Shown here one piece after another: positions 1 to 7,250 of a stretch of 64,000 nucleotides of DNA. The notes beneath the pieces are model-generated. The model made no database searches, was not told the origin of the DNA, and was given only the letters and a program-made list of their open reading frames with translations. Every line of letters starts with the position of its first letter. Positions within the stretch are counted from its first letter, which is position 1. Location: positions 332-64,331 of the IMG/VR virus record IMGVR_UViG_2837005551_000010; one strand, given 5' to 3'. Source of the DNA: a virus. Lineage: Duplodnaviria; Caudoviricetes. The translations under genes were made by a program, and so were the position numbers.

Positions 1-395
1 AGATACACTATCCTCCACGGTCCTGTAAATTGAGGATTGAATTTTCTATACGATGCTCCTAAAGTAGAGTTATCTGCTTTGCCAATCAAAGTATTGAAAG
101 ATTCAGTTTTGAATTTTGCTTCCTCCTCGGTATTTACATATTCTAACCACTTTATAATTAAAGTGGATTCATACGAAAATGATGGCATATTGCGAACTGG
201 GATTGAATATGTCATTATTTCCTCATTTTCTTGACACCATCGTAAATAGTCATTTATACATTCGGGGTTAACAGATATTCCGGATGCTTGATATTCAACA
301 AGCCATTTGTCTTGTGCCATCGGCGTTGGATCATCAGAAGAGCATCCATATAGAAAGATGCTTAATATCCCGATTGTCCAATATAAGTATTTCAT
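1..395 (-). CDS. Lipoprotein, 3'-truncated by the window edge (not in ORF track)
   Basis: Manual translation from the ATG at 395, which overlaps the repressor stop (ATGA): MKYLYWTIGILSIFLYGCSSDDPTPMAQDKW...; hydrophobic signal peptide plus LYGC lipobox; frame open to position 1. Confidence 0.75.
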   Translation of the reverse strand, partial: MKYLYWTIGILSIFLYGCSSDDPTPMAQDKWLVEYQASGISVNPECINDYLRWCQENEEIMTYSIPVRNMPSFSYESTLIIKWLEYVNTEEEAKFKTESFNTLIGKADNSTLGASYRKFNPQFTGPWRIVY

Positions 396-754
396 TTTCC
401 GATTTGTTTTTCAAGTTGAGTAATACGCTCTTTGAGCATGGCGATAGTTTCTGATTTGGATTTGAGGGCATCGTTTAGAGTAGTGATTGTATCCACAAGA
501 CCATTTATACGCGCTATGTCCTCTGAGTTGTCTTCTTTTCTTATGAGCATTTCACCGTTGCCCCTTAGCAGCCACTCAGCAGAGATTTCAGGATATGCCT
601 GAAGAATGCTTACAACTGTTTCGATACTGATACCTCTAAGACCCTTAATCTGGTTATCAAGGGTCTTTTGAGGTATTCCGCTTCTTATGGCAAGTGCGCG
701 AATCGACATGCCGCTATATGCAACGATTTCCTTTAGACGGGTAAGAATGTCCAT
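392..754 (-). CDS. CI-like XRE/HTH repressor with C-terminal coiled coil
   Basis: N-terminal HTH (SIRALAIRSGIPQKTLDNQI...SAEWLLRGNGEM); divergent from the lytic genes. Confidence 0.85.
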   Translation of the reverse strand: MDILTRLKEIVAYSGMSIRALAIRSGIPQKTLDNQIKGLRGISIETVVSILQAYPEISAEWLLRGNGEMLIRKEDNSEDIARINGLVDTITTLNDALKSKSETIAMLKERITQLEKQIGK

Positions 755-782
755 ATTGCCTAAATGTTAATAATTCTAAAAA

Positions 783-837
783 TTAGCCCAAACGAGCCTA
801 CATAATTTGCATTATTAGCTCAAATGGGCTAACTTTG
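783..837 (+). promoter_or_regulatory. Lytic (PR-like) promoter overlapped by two 18-bp operator-like inverted repeats
   Basis: TTTG (806-809) N20 TAACTTTG (830-837) matches the Bacteroidetes -33/-7 consensus; TTAGCCCAAACGAGCCTA (783-800) and TTAGCTCAAATGGGCTAA (815-832). Confidence 0.7.
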
Positions 838-917
838 CATCATCTTCAATCAAACACTACAAAATTAGCAAATTTGATTGAGATGAGCAAGAACATAATC
901 AACAAAATATAAGCAAG

Positions 918-1274
918 ATGACCCCAAACGAGACTAAACTCCAAAACCTCCGCAACTACCTTGATACCCTCATCGGGGAGTATCGGGAGGCAATTTCATC
1001 ATCCGTCCGCGAGATGGAGAAGTTCAATATCTCTCCCGAAGATTTCCGCAAAGAGTCCGTCAGCCTCAACGTAGCCGCCTTTACCCTCGGCTATCTCAAT
1101 CTGGCAAAAGAGGTATCCGAAAAATCGGACTACAAAACAACCGAGAATTATATCCGCTTCCACAAGCATCAGATTGAAACCAAGACAATCGGTGAGGCAG
1201 GTGTAATCACTCTTGCTCAAAACGCCACAATCTCGGCTCTCTCCACCATCATAGACCTCTACCTCGATAAATAA
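918..1274 (+). CDS. Hypothetical early protein
   Basis: First ORF after the lytic promoter, 118 aa. Confidence 0.7.
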   Translation: MTPNETKLQNLRNYLDTLIGEYREAISSSVREMEKFNISPEDFRKESVSLNVAAFTLGYLNLAKEVSEKSDYKTTENYIRFHKHQIETKTIGEAGVITLAQNATISALSTIIDLYLDK

Positions 1275-1298
1275 AGTCAAACCAATAACCTTTTAACA

Positions 1299-1775
1299 AT
1301 GGATCAGAACACAGCCTATCAGTACAAGGCACTTAACGAGGACTCTTACAACAGCCTCGCCGCCTTTGCAGTATCCACTCCTGCAACCGTAACCCTCCAC
1401 CCCGGACTTCTTACCATCGTAATCACCGGCGACGACGCCAACGAGGTTGGCAAGTTCATCGACAGAGAGGGTCTTGACTTCCACATCAACCCGATTGAGT
1501 TTCATGACGAGACTCTCGGTGCTGTAATTGACTGCGAGACCACCGATGCTGGCACCCTCCGCAAAATCATCTACCGCATGATGGGAGAGCGCTCCGCGAT
1601 GGAAGAACACCACAATGGTGCTCTTGCCGAAATTACCGCCCAGCGCGACAGCGCGAAGAAAGACCGTGACATGTATATGCGCTGGTATTCTGATAGCACA
1701 AACCGAGAAGACCGCGTCAAAGGTCAGGTTCAGGCAATAGCATTGCTGCTGAACGAAATCTTCCCCGAGAAGTAA
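1299..1775 (+). CDS. Hypothetical early protein with C-terminal coiled coil
   Basis: 158-aa ORF preceded by the AAGTCAAACCAATA leader motif. Confidence 0.75.
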   Translation: MDQNTAYQYKALNEDSYNSLAAFAVSTPATVTLHPGLLTIVITGDDANEVGKFIDREGLDFHINPIEFHDETLGAVIDCETTDAGTLRKIIYRMMGERSAMEEHHNGALAEITAQRDSAKKDRDMYMRWYSDSTNREDRVKGQVQAIALLLNEIFPEK

Positions 1776-1869
1776 CCCCCGCCAAAGTCAAACCAACCAT
1801 AACGGCTGCTCAAGAGTGAGCACATAGCCCAGGGGCAAGAGAGCCCCGACCCCGAAAGGGGTTTTAATC

Positions 1870-1944
1870 GGGAGTATCGCCAAGCGGTTAAGGCCGGGAC
1901 CGAAAGTCCTAAGTCGGAGGGTTCGACTCCCCCTGCTCCCACCA
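1870..1944 (+). tRNA. tRNA-like RNA 1 with 5-nt anticodon loop (CGAAA); isotype undetermined
   Basis: Acceptor GGGAGTA/TGCTCCC + ACCA; D arm GCC-AAGCGGTTAA-GGC; stem GGGAC/GTCCT with loop CGAAA; variable region AAGTC; T loop TTCGACT. Confidence 0.8.
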
Positions 1945-2290
1945 CCAAAGAAGAGTACCTTGACAAGTCTGGAATTTCCGCTGACACGCCCGGACGGGAG
2001 ACCGCCGGAACATCAGCGATGAGTAGTAGCCGATAAAGAAGCAGTCGAGTATGCCGAGAGGTGAAAGACACTTTGAAACGGGTCGGTGCTACGGTAAGAA
2101 AGAACCATCCGTGCTTATGCCGAAGAATGACGGATGGCGAGTTGAGTCGTGTCCGCTCGTGGCAAATGGACCGGTATAAACTGAATCAATAGCACGTCTG
2201 AATCCGAAATCAAAACGTAGCATACCTTATGACCGTCTGAAAATGGTTGACGGGTGAGACAAGGATAGGAACGTGAATGATTATAAATCG
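1945..2290 (+). ncRNA. Candidate structured ncRNA between tRNA-like RNAs 1 and 2
   Basis: No credible + strand ORF; helices CGCTGA/TCAGCG enclosing CGG-GAGA-CCG, GTAGC/GCTAC, CCATCCGT/ACGGATGG, CCGTC/GACGG. Confidence 0.45.
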
Positions 2291-2361
2291 AACGGTGTAG
2301 CTCAGTTGGTAGAGCGGTCTGTGAAACAGATGCGTCGGCGGTTCGAGCCCGCCCATCGTTC
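2291..2361 (+). tRNA. tRNA-like RNA 2 with 5-nt anticodon loop (TGAAA); isotype undetermined, CCA not encoded
   Basis: Acceptor AACGGTG/CATCGTT; D arm GCTC-AGTTGGTA-GAGC; stem GTCTG/CAGAT with loop TGAAA; variable region GCGTC; T arm GGCGG-TTCGAGC-CCGCC. Confidence 0.85.
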
Positions 2362-2382
2362 CTCACTCAATTAACAACCTAT

Positions 2383-2601
2383 ATGGAAAAGACTATTAAA
2401 GTAGCCACTCTCGGCATAGCTGAAGAGCTTAGAAATATGGAGATAGGCGATGTCGTTCAGTTTCCTGTCCCCAAGTATAATTACAATTCAATTCGCACCT
2501 CCCCCGGCACCACACTTGTAGCCGAAACAATGGAGGGGCGAAAGTGGAAAACAAGAAAAGACATAGATAACAAATGTGTCTTTGTAACCAGAACCGCATA
2601 G
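2383..2601 (+). CDS. Small basic hypothetical protein, possibly DNA-binding
   Basis: 72-aa ORF directly after tRNA-like 2. Confidence 0.7.
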   Translation: MEKTIKVATLGIAEELRNMEIGDVVQFPVPKYNYNSIRTSPGTTLVAETMEGRKWKTRKDIDNKCVFVTRTA

Positions 2602-2604
2602 ACT

Positions 2605-2853
2605 ATGGGAAGATGTCTTGTAACTTCGGTAAACCCTGCGGAGATCATGCTTGAGAATATCTTCCGCGTCATGGAGCGTGAGACGTTCTGCAAAGATACA
2701 GCTGCGAAAATCGTTGGCGGTGTGAAGAAGTTAGAGGACTTGATTGCCGCCGGCGAAATTGATGCTGAAAAGGGATGCAATGCCCAAAACAGCAAATGGA
2801 AATGCAATGCCGCCCAAGTTCTGCGACATTGCCGGAATATGAGAAACAAATGA
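2605..2853 (+). CDS. Excisionase-like / HTH small protein
   Basis: FCKDTAAKIVGGVKKLEDLIAAGEI...KWK pattern resembles Xis/MerR-type winged HTH proteins of Bacteroidales phages. Confidence 0.5.
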   Translation: MGRCLVTSVNPAEIMLENIFRVMERETFCKDTAAKIVGGVKKLEDLIAAGEIDAEKGCNAQNSKWKCNAAQVLRHCRNMRNK

Positions 2854-2983
2854 ACTTACCACATAGTAGCCCGTGAGGGTGTTTTTCATTATAAGAATCA
2901 ATAGATTGCCTTGAGTGCCCGTGAGGGTCGTGGCATCATCTTTAATCAAACCCCGATAGCCGAGCGGGTAATCTCGGCCACTT

Positions 2984-3072
2984 GGTCGGTAAAGCTCACG
3001 TGTTGGAGGCGTGAGGAGCGAAATAACCGATGGAGCCATCGGCCCTCATGGGTTCGATTCCCATACCGGCCA
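2984..3072 (+). ncRNA. tRNA-like RNA 3 with enlarged D arm and tetraloop-capped anticodon arm
   Basis: Acceptor GGTCGGT/ACCGGCC + A; T arm ATGGG-TTCGATT-CCCAT; D-position helix CTCACG/CGTGAG; anticodon-position helix CCGATG-GAGC-CATCGG. Confidence 0.7.
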
Positions 3073-3100
3073 CACCCCAAATTAGAATAATATCATTAAC

Positions 3101-3133
3101 GCCGGATGGTCTGTGAAGATAGTCCGGTTTTTT
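3101..3133 (+). terminator. Intrinsic terminator-like hairpin
   Basis: GCCGGA...TCCGGT followed by a T run. Confidence 0.55.
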
Positions 3134-3137
3134 CACA

Positions 3138-3242
3138 TGAGAGACTGACATTTGGTGAGTGTCCCCCGGGTTGAACCGGGCGTAGGTGAATAATCGCGGC
3201 CGCTAAATAGCCTACAAGCAGGTTCGACTCCTGCTCTCTCAA
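3138..3242 (+). ncRNA. tRNA-like RNA 4 with 6-bp D stem, 6-nt anticodon loop and long variable arm
   Basis: Acceptor TGAGAGA/TCTCTCA; D arm GACATT-TGGTG-AGTGTC; CCCGG-GTTGAA-CCGGG; variable arm GTAGG...CCTAC; T arm GCAGG-TTCGACT-CCTGC. Confidence 0.7.
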
Positions 3243-3268
3243 CTACATCATCAAAACACATCATCAAA

Positions 3269-3502
3269 ATGGATAAGCCAACAATCTCCAAGCGCATCAG
3301 CGCCGGAACTCGCGTCTATTACATCGACGCGCACAACGACCGCAAAGGTCAGCCGTATATTTCCATTTCGGAAATACCTACCGACAAATCGCCAGGCAAA
3401 AAGAAAAGGCAGCGTATCTTCCTCCATGCAGAGAACGTGGACCAATTCGCCCAGGCATTTGCCGAGGTCGCAAACCATATTAAGAATGAATCTCAAAGAT
3501 GA
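3269..3502 (+). CDS. DUF3276 / PUR-like nucleic-acid-binding protein
   Basis: ISKRISAGTRVYYIDAHNDRKGQPYISISE...RIFLHAENVDQF matches the PUR-repeat pattern. Confidence 0.75.
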   Translation: MDKPTISKRISAGTRVYYIDAHNDRKGQPYISISEIPTDKSPGKKKRQRIFLHAENVDQFAQAFAEVANHIKNESQR

Positions 3503-3893
3503 CCCGATTGTTCTTCTCGGCTGGAGTTGCCCGTATTGTGGTTCTCCAACGAAACTCGTTGACGACACGGAAATCTACGGGCGATCATACGGCACCAAGT
3601 GCTATCTCTGCAAACCGTGTGGGGCATGGGTCGGCTGTCATAAGAACTCGGACAAAGCACTCGGCAGAGTCGCAAACAAAGAACTGCGACAACTGAAACA
3701 TCAGGCTCACGAGGCTTTTGACCCCATCTGGAAAGACGGCTATCTCCCACGCACTGCCGCTTATGAGGTCTTGTCCGTTGCTTTCGGACTCCCGATAGAG
3801 CAAACTCACATAGGAATGTTCGATGAGGATATGTGCCGGAAAGTAATCTCATTGTCAAACACAATTCTTAAATACATCAGAGAAGATAGCTAA
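3486..3893 (+). CDS. DUF3268-type zinc-finger protein
   Basis: CPYCG...YLCKPCGAWVGCH...ALGRVANKELRQLKHQAHEAFDPIWK; start moved to Met21 of the track ORF. Confidence 0.8.
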   Translation: MNLKDDPIVLLGWSCPYCGSPTKLVDDTEIYGRSYGTKCYLCKPCGAWVGCHKNSDKALGRVANKELRQLKHQAHEAFDPIWKDGYLPRTAAYEVLSVAFGLPIEQTHIGMFDEDMCRKVISLSNTILKYIREDS

Positions 3894-3945
3894 ACAAATA
3901 ACACGCGGCAAGTTTCTCCTTATAGAATGTACCGCTGGTGAGCTG

Positions 3946-4164
3946 ATGAATGCTGTCGGCTCCGACATCTGCATCTGCGATTGGTGCGGCAGACCATACC
4001 TCCCCTCTGATAAAGGGGTCTACATTGCAGTCCTTAATCATTGGTATTGTAAGGAGTGCTTTTATGAATGGGCGGCACAAGCCACCTGGTATCCCCAAGA
4101 TGCCGATGTTGAGCGTAAGAATTTCAGCTTCTATGCTCCTCGTCTCGGAGTCAAATGTCAGTAA
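3946..4164 (+). CDS. Small Cys-rich hypothetical protein
   Basis: CICDWCG...WYCKEC. Confidence 0.6.
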   Translation: MNAVGSDICICDWCGRPYLPSDKGVYIAVLNHWYCKECFYEWAAQATWYPQDADVERKNFSFYAPRLGVKCQ

Positions 4165-4267
4165 ATGTTAAGGCGTAAAAATGGCGGGCAATGCGTTTGC
4201 GTAACTCGTTAAAAATGACTAACTTTACTGTATATCAGAAACAATGATATTAAAAGTCAAACCAATA
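4153..4267 (+). promoter_or_regulatory. Conserved phage promoter module (class M, copy 1)
   Basis: AAATGTCAGTAAATGTTAAGG (4153), AAATGGCG (4179), TAACTTTA (4220), AAGTCAAACCAATA (4254). Confidence 0.7.
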
Positions 4268-4280
4268 AAAACCTACCTAT

Positions 4281-5069
4281 ATGGCAAAGGAAAAACAACC
4301 AAAAGTTGAGCAAGACCAAGAGGTCAACGATGCTCAGATGAAAACCGAGGCAGAGGCTAAGGCAATCATCGAAAACAACCTCCGCTTCTACTCGCAAGGA
4401 TGCGAGGTTCCGGCAGACGCGCTCAAACCAATCAGAGCAGGCCGACTCAAAGGGATGTCCGATGTGAATCCGATGTGGCGCATGAAGAGAATGACCGAGA
4501 TTTTCGGTCCTATCGGATTCGGCTGGAAATACGAAATTGTAAAGCAGTGGACTGAGACCTACGGAAACGAGGTCAAGTGTTTCTGCGTTGTCAATCTCTT
4601 CGTCCGCGATCCCGAAACAAAAGAGTGGAGTGAGCCTATACCCGGCAGTGGAGGTTCTGCCATCGTATCAATGGAGAGCAAGGGTGCTTATGTGAATGAT
4701 GAGGGCTACAAGATGGCTCTTACCGATGCACTCTCAATCGCTATGAAGCCGCTCGGAATCGGAGGCAATATCTGGTATGGTCCCAAAGCGTCAGGGCATA
4801 ATGAGAGCAAGTATGAGGCATCCACAAGAGAAGATGCCAATCAGAACCAACATCCTCAGCAAAGTCAAGGCACCTCAGCGATGGCGTTCACCGGCGCACA
4901 GCTCAACCAAGCCATTCAGGAAATGAACGCAACCACCACTGAGGCAGAATTTCAGGCTTGCTGGCAGAAATGGGCACAAATATCTCCTGCGTTGACAAGC
5001 AATGGCACTGACTTCTACAAAGCCGCGTGTGCAAAAATCAACTCTATCAAAAATCCCTCCGCAAAATGA
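4281..5069 (+). CDS. Rad52/Sak-like single-strand annealing protein
   Basis: DVNPMWRMKRMTEIFGPIGFGWKYEI...GSGGS...DEGYKMALTDALSIAMKPLGIG. Confidence 0.8.
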   Translation: MAKEKQPKVEQDQEVNDAQMKTEAEAKAIIENNLRFYSQGCEVPADALKPIRAGRLKGMSDVNPMWRMKRMTEIFGPIGFGWKYEIVKQWTETYGNEVKCFCVVNLFVRDPETKEWSEPIPGSGGSAIVSMESKGAYVNDEGYKMALTDALSIAMKPLGIGGNIWYGPKASGHNESKYEASTREDANQNQHPQQSQGTSAMAFTGAQLNQAIQEMNATTTEAEFQACWQKWAQISPALTSNGTDFYKAACAKINSIKNPSAK

Positions 5070-6160
5070 TGCAGTTCAAACAATCCCCTGTAATCTTCGA
5101 CGAGGATAGCCACAGCTATCAACTCGACGGCAAGAGATTGCTCGGCATCACGGGACTTATACACTCAATCCTCGGATTGGGTGTATATCCCGATGCAAGT
5201 GAGCACGTCAAAGATTTCATCATTCCAAGAGCCGGAAGTCGCGGCACCGCCGTTCACCATGCCATTCAGACCTATGACCAACTCGGTATCAAGCAGACTA
5301 CTCAGATAGTCCACACTCGCTACGGATGCCGGGAGCGTGATAACATTTCCTATGTTGATGAGACGTGGGATGTGAGTTCAGAACTTGAGGCATATATCCG
5401 ACACCTCAACGGGTTCAAACCTCTTGCCAACGAGTTAACTGTTTCCGACAATGTGCGCTACGCCTCGCAGATAGACAATGTTTGGCAGTACGAGAAAACG
5501 GGTGGTATATGGCTTGTCGATACCAAGACTAACAACATCAAACTCTATCCGCTTTGCGGCTACTACAACGCCAACTATTTCAATAGCGGTGAAGATGCCC
5601 TCAAAGAATACCTCTCCTGGCAGCTCTCAATCTACGCAGAGTTATTTGAGGCAGAGAACCCCGGACTAAAGGTGGAGGGGCTGGCTTGCAACTGGCTGAA
5701 AGCCGATGCTGATGCGTTCTGGGTTATAGAGCGCAAACCATCCGAGTTGGTTTTGGAACTCCTTAAAACCACCTATTTTTTCAGCGATAATGGACCTGTC
5801 TATTTCCATCCCGATCAGTCGGTGTTCGGCATCGGCTCAACTCTCCCTGCCGAAGTCAAAGAGCAAACTCCGATAGTAGCACCCGATGTTGTGGATTATT
5901 TCACATCACTACTGAAAACATATAAGGAGGCAGAGGCGAAACTTGAAGAGGCTAAAACAGCATTGAGAGCCGCCATGACGGAGCATAAAGTGAAGTCTTT
6001 TGATTTTGGTTCATTCAGTGCCACAATCGGGGCCGACAGCGTTTCAACCTCCTTTGACACCAAAACATTCAAAAAGGATCATCCCGAACTATACAAGAAA
6101 TATGCCTCATCAAAAGCCAAAAAGGGCAGTTTCACAATAAAACTCAAAGACAATGATTAA
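5066..6160 (+). CDS. PD-(D/E)XK exonuclease (partner of the SSAP)
   Basis: FDEDSHSY, RGTAVHHAI, NELTV...SQID...LVDTKT, WQLSIYA motifs. Confidence 0.8.
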   Translation: MMQFKQSPVIFDEDSHSYQLDGKRLLGITGLIHSILGLGVYPDASEHVKDFIIPRAGSRGTAVHHAIQTYDQLGIKQTTQIVHTRYGCRERDNISYVDETWDVSSELEAYIRHLNGFKPLANELTVSDNVRYASQIDNVWQYEKTGGIWLVDTKTNNIKLYPLCGYYNANYFNSGEDALKEYLSWQLSIYAELFEAENPGLKVEGLACNWLKADADAFWVIERKPSELVLELLKTTYFFSDNGPVYFHPDQSVFGIGSTLPAEVKEQTPIVAPDVVDYFTSLLKTYKEAEAKLEEAKTALRAAMTEHKVKSFDFGSFSATIGADSVSTSFDTKTFKKDHPELYKKYASSKAKKGSFTIKLKDND

Positions 6161-6779
6161 ATTTTCAGCAACAAACGCCCTGGTTCACTCGGTTACTCCG
6201 GTGATTGAGATTGAGTCCAGATCCGGCGGTCAGCCGTTCTGCAAACGGGAACTCATCATTGATGACTCTTGGGAAAAGGATGGCAAACTTTATACTAACT
6301 TCGTTTCAATCGAGTTCACCGGCGACAAGATGGCTCAACTTGACAGAATCTATCCCGGTATGCGTGTGAACGTGGATGGACTTCTGAGCGGTCGAGAGTA
6401 TAACAATCGTATCTACAACACCGTCAGTGGGCAGTCGGTTTCTCCTTATCAGGCTCAACAGCCCAGTGCGCCCGCCCCGGCACCCATGCCCGGCAGTTAT
6501 CCTCAACAACCGCAATATCAGCAGGCTCCCGGCTATCAAGCCGCTCCTATGCCCAGTGGTTATCCTCAACAACCGCAATATCAGCAGGCTCCCGGCTATC
6601 AAGCCGCTCCTATGCCCAGTGGTTATCCTCAACAGCCTGCCGCTCCTGCCTATCCTCAGCAACCCCAACAGTATGCCCCATCACCTGCACCGGCAACCGC
6701 GCCCGTTACGGCTCCTGCACAGCGGCCATACAGTTCACCATCCTCGCCGGGTGTGAATGACTTGCCGTTTCCGCACTGA
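6153..6779 (+). CDS. DUF3127-type SSB-like protein with Pro/Gln-rich tail
   Basis: OB-fold-like N-terminus (KRELII...VSIEFTGDK...LSGREYN), low-complexity linker, C-terminal NDLPF motif. Confidence 0.8.
   Translation: MIKFSATNALVHSVTPVIEIESRSGGQPFCKRELIIDDSWEKDGKLYTNFVSIEFTGDKMAQLDRIYPGMRVNVDGLLSGREYNNRIYNTVSGQSVSPYQAQQPSAPAPAPMPGSYPQQPQYQQAPGYQAAPMPSGYPQQPQYQQAPGYQAAPMPSGYPQQPAAPAYPQQPQQYAPSPAPATAPVTAPAQRPYSSPSSPGVNDLPFPH
6497..6634 (+). repeat. 63-bp in-frame tandem repeat (two full copies plus a partial third)
   Basis: Unit starts at 6497, 6560 and 6623; encodes YPQQPQYQQAPGYQAAPMPSG. Confidence 0.9.
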
Positions 6780-7195
6780 TGGAAGCCAATCTCATTAAGC
6801 GCAACGGAGTAGTGACTATTGATAAGGATTTCGACCTCATGTGTTCACTACTCCGTAACGGAGAATACACAGTAAAGATAGTACGAAAGACTCAACCTCG
6901 TACCATATCGCAAAACTCATTGATGTGGATGTGGTACAAGTGTATGGAAGAGGCAACGGGGACTCCCAAAGAGGACTTTCATGATTATTATAAAGCCAAG
7001 TATCTTAGCCGTGATGTAGTCGTTGGCAGAAGGTGGTACCGGGTTCCCGGCAGTACCACCGACCTCAACACCTTGCAGATGACAAACTATCTTGAAAAAG
7101 TCAAGGCGGACGCAGCAACAGAATTTGGGATAATGCTCCCACTTCCCGAAGATAGGAACTATCAAGCGTTCATATCTGAATATAGGATAAGATAA
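6779..7195 (+). CDS. NinB/Orf-like recombination protein
   Basis: PRTISQNSLMW...STTDLNTLQMTNYLEKV...FGIMLPLP. Confidence 0.7.
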   Translation: MEANLIKRNGVVTIDKDFDLMCSLLRNGEYTVKIVRKTQPRTISQNSLMWMWYKCMEEATGTPKEDFHDYYKAKYLSRDVVVGRRWYRVPGSTTDLNTLQMTNYLEKVKADAATEFGIMLPLPEDRNYQAFISEYRIR

Positions 7196-7198
7196 CAC

Positions 7199-7232
7199 GT
7201 CGGACGGTCAGAAATGGCCGCCCGGCTTTTTT
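7199..7232 (+). terminator. Intrinsic terminator
   Basis: GTCGGACGGTCA-GAAA-TGGCCGCCCGGC then TTTTTT. Confidence 0.65.
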
Positions 7233-7250
7233 ATTAACAATTTCAAAACA

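Noticed and set aside
1990-2100. Hammerhead ribozyme core near GCGATGAG...GAAA
   Set aside because: The conserved CUGAUGA is not present and the three stems could not be assembled
1870-2361. Calling the two elements ordinary tRNA-Phe(GAA) genes
   Set aside because: Both anticodon arms are 2 nt short; forcing a 7-nt loop removes position 26 and creates a terminal mismatch
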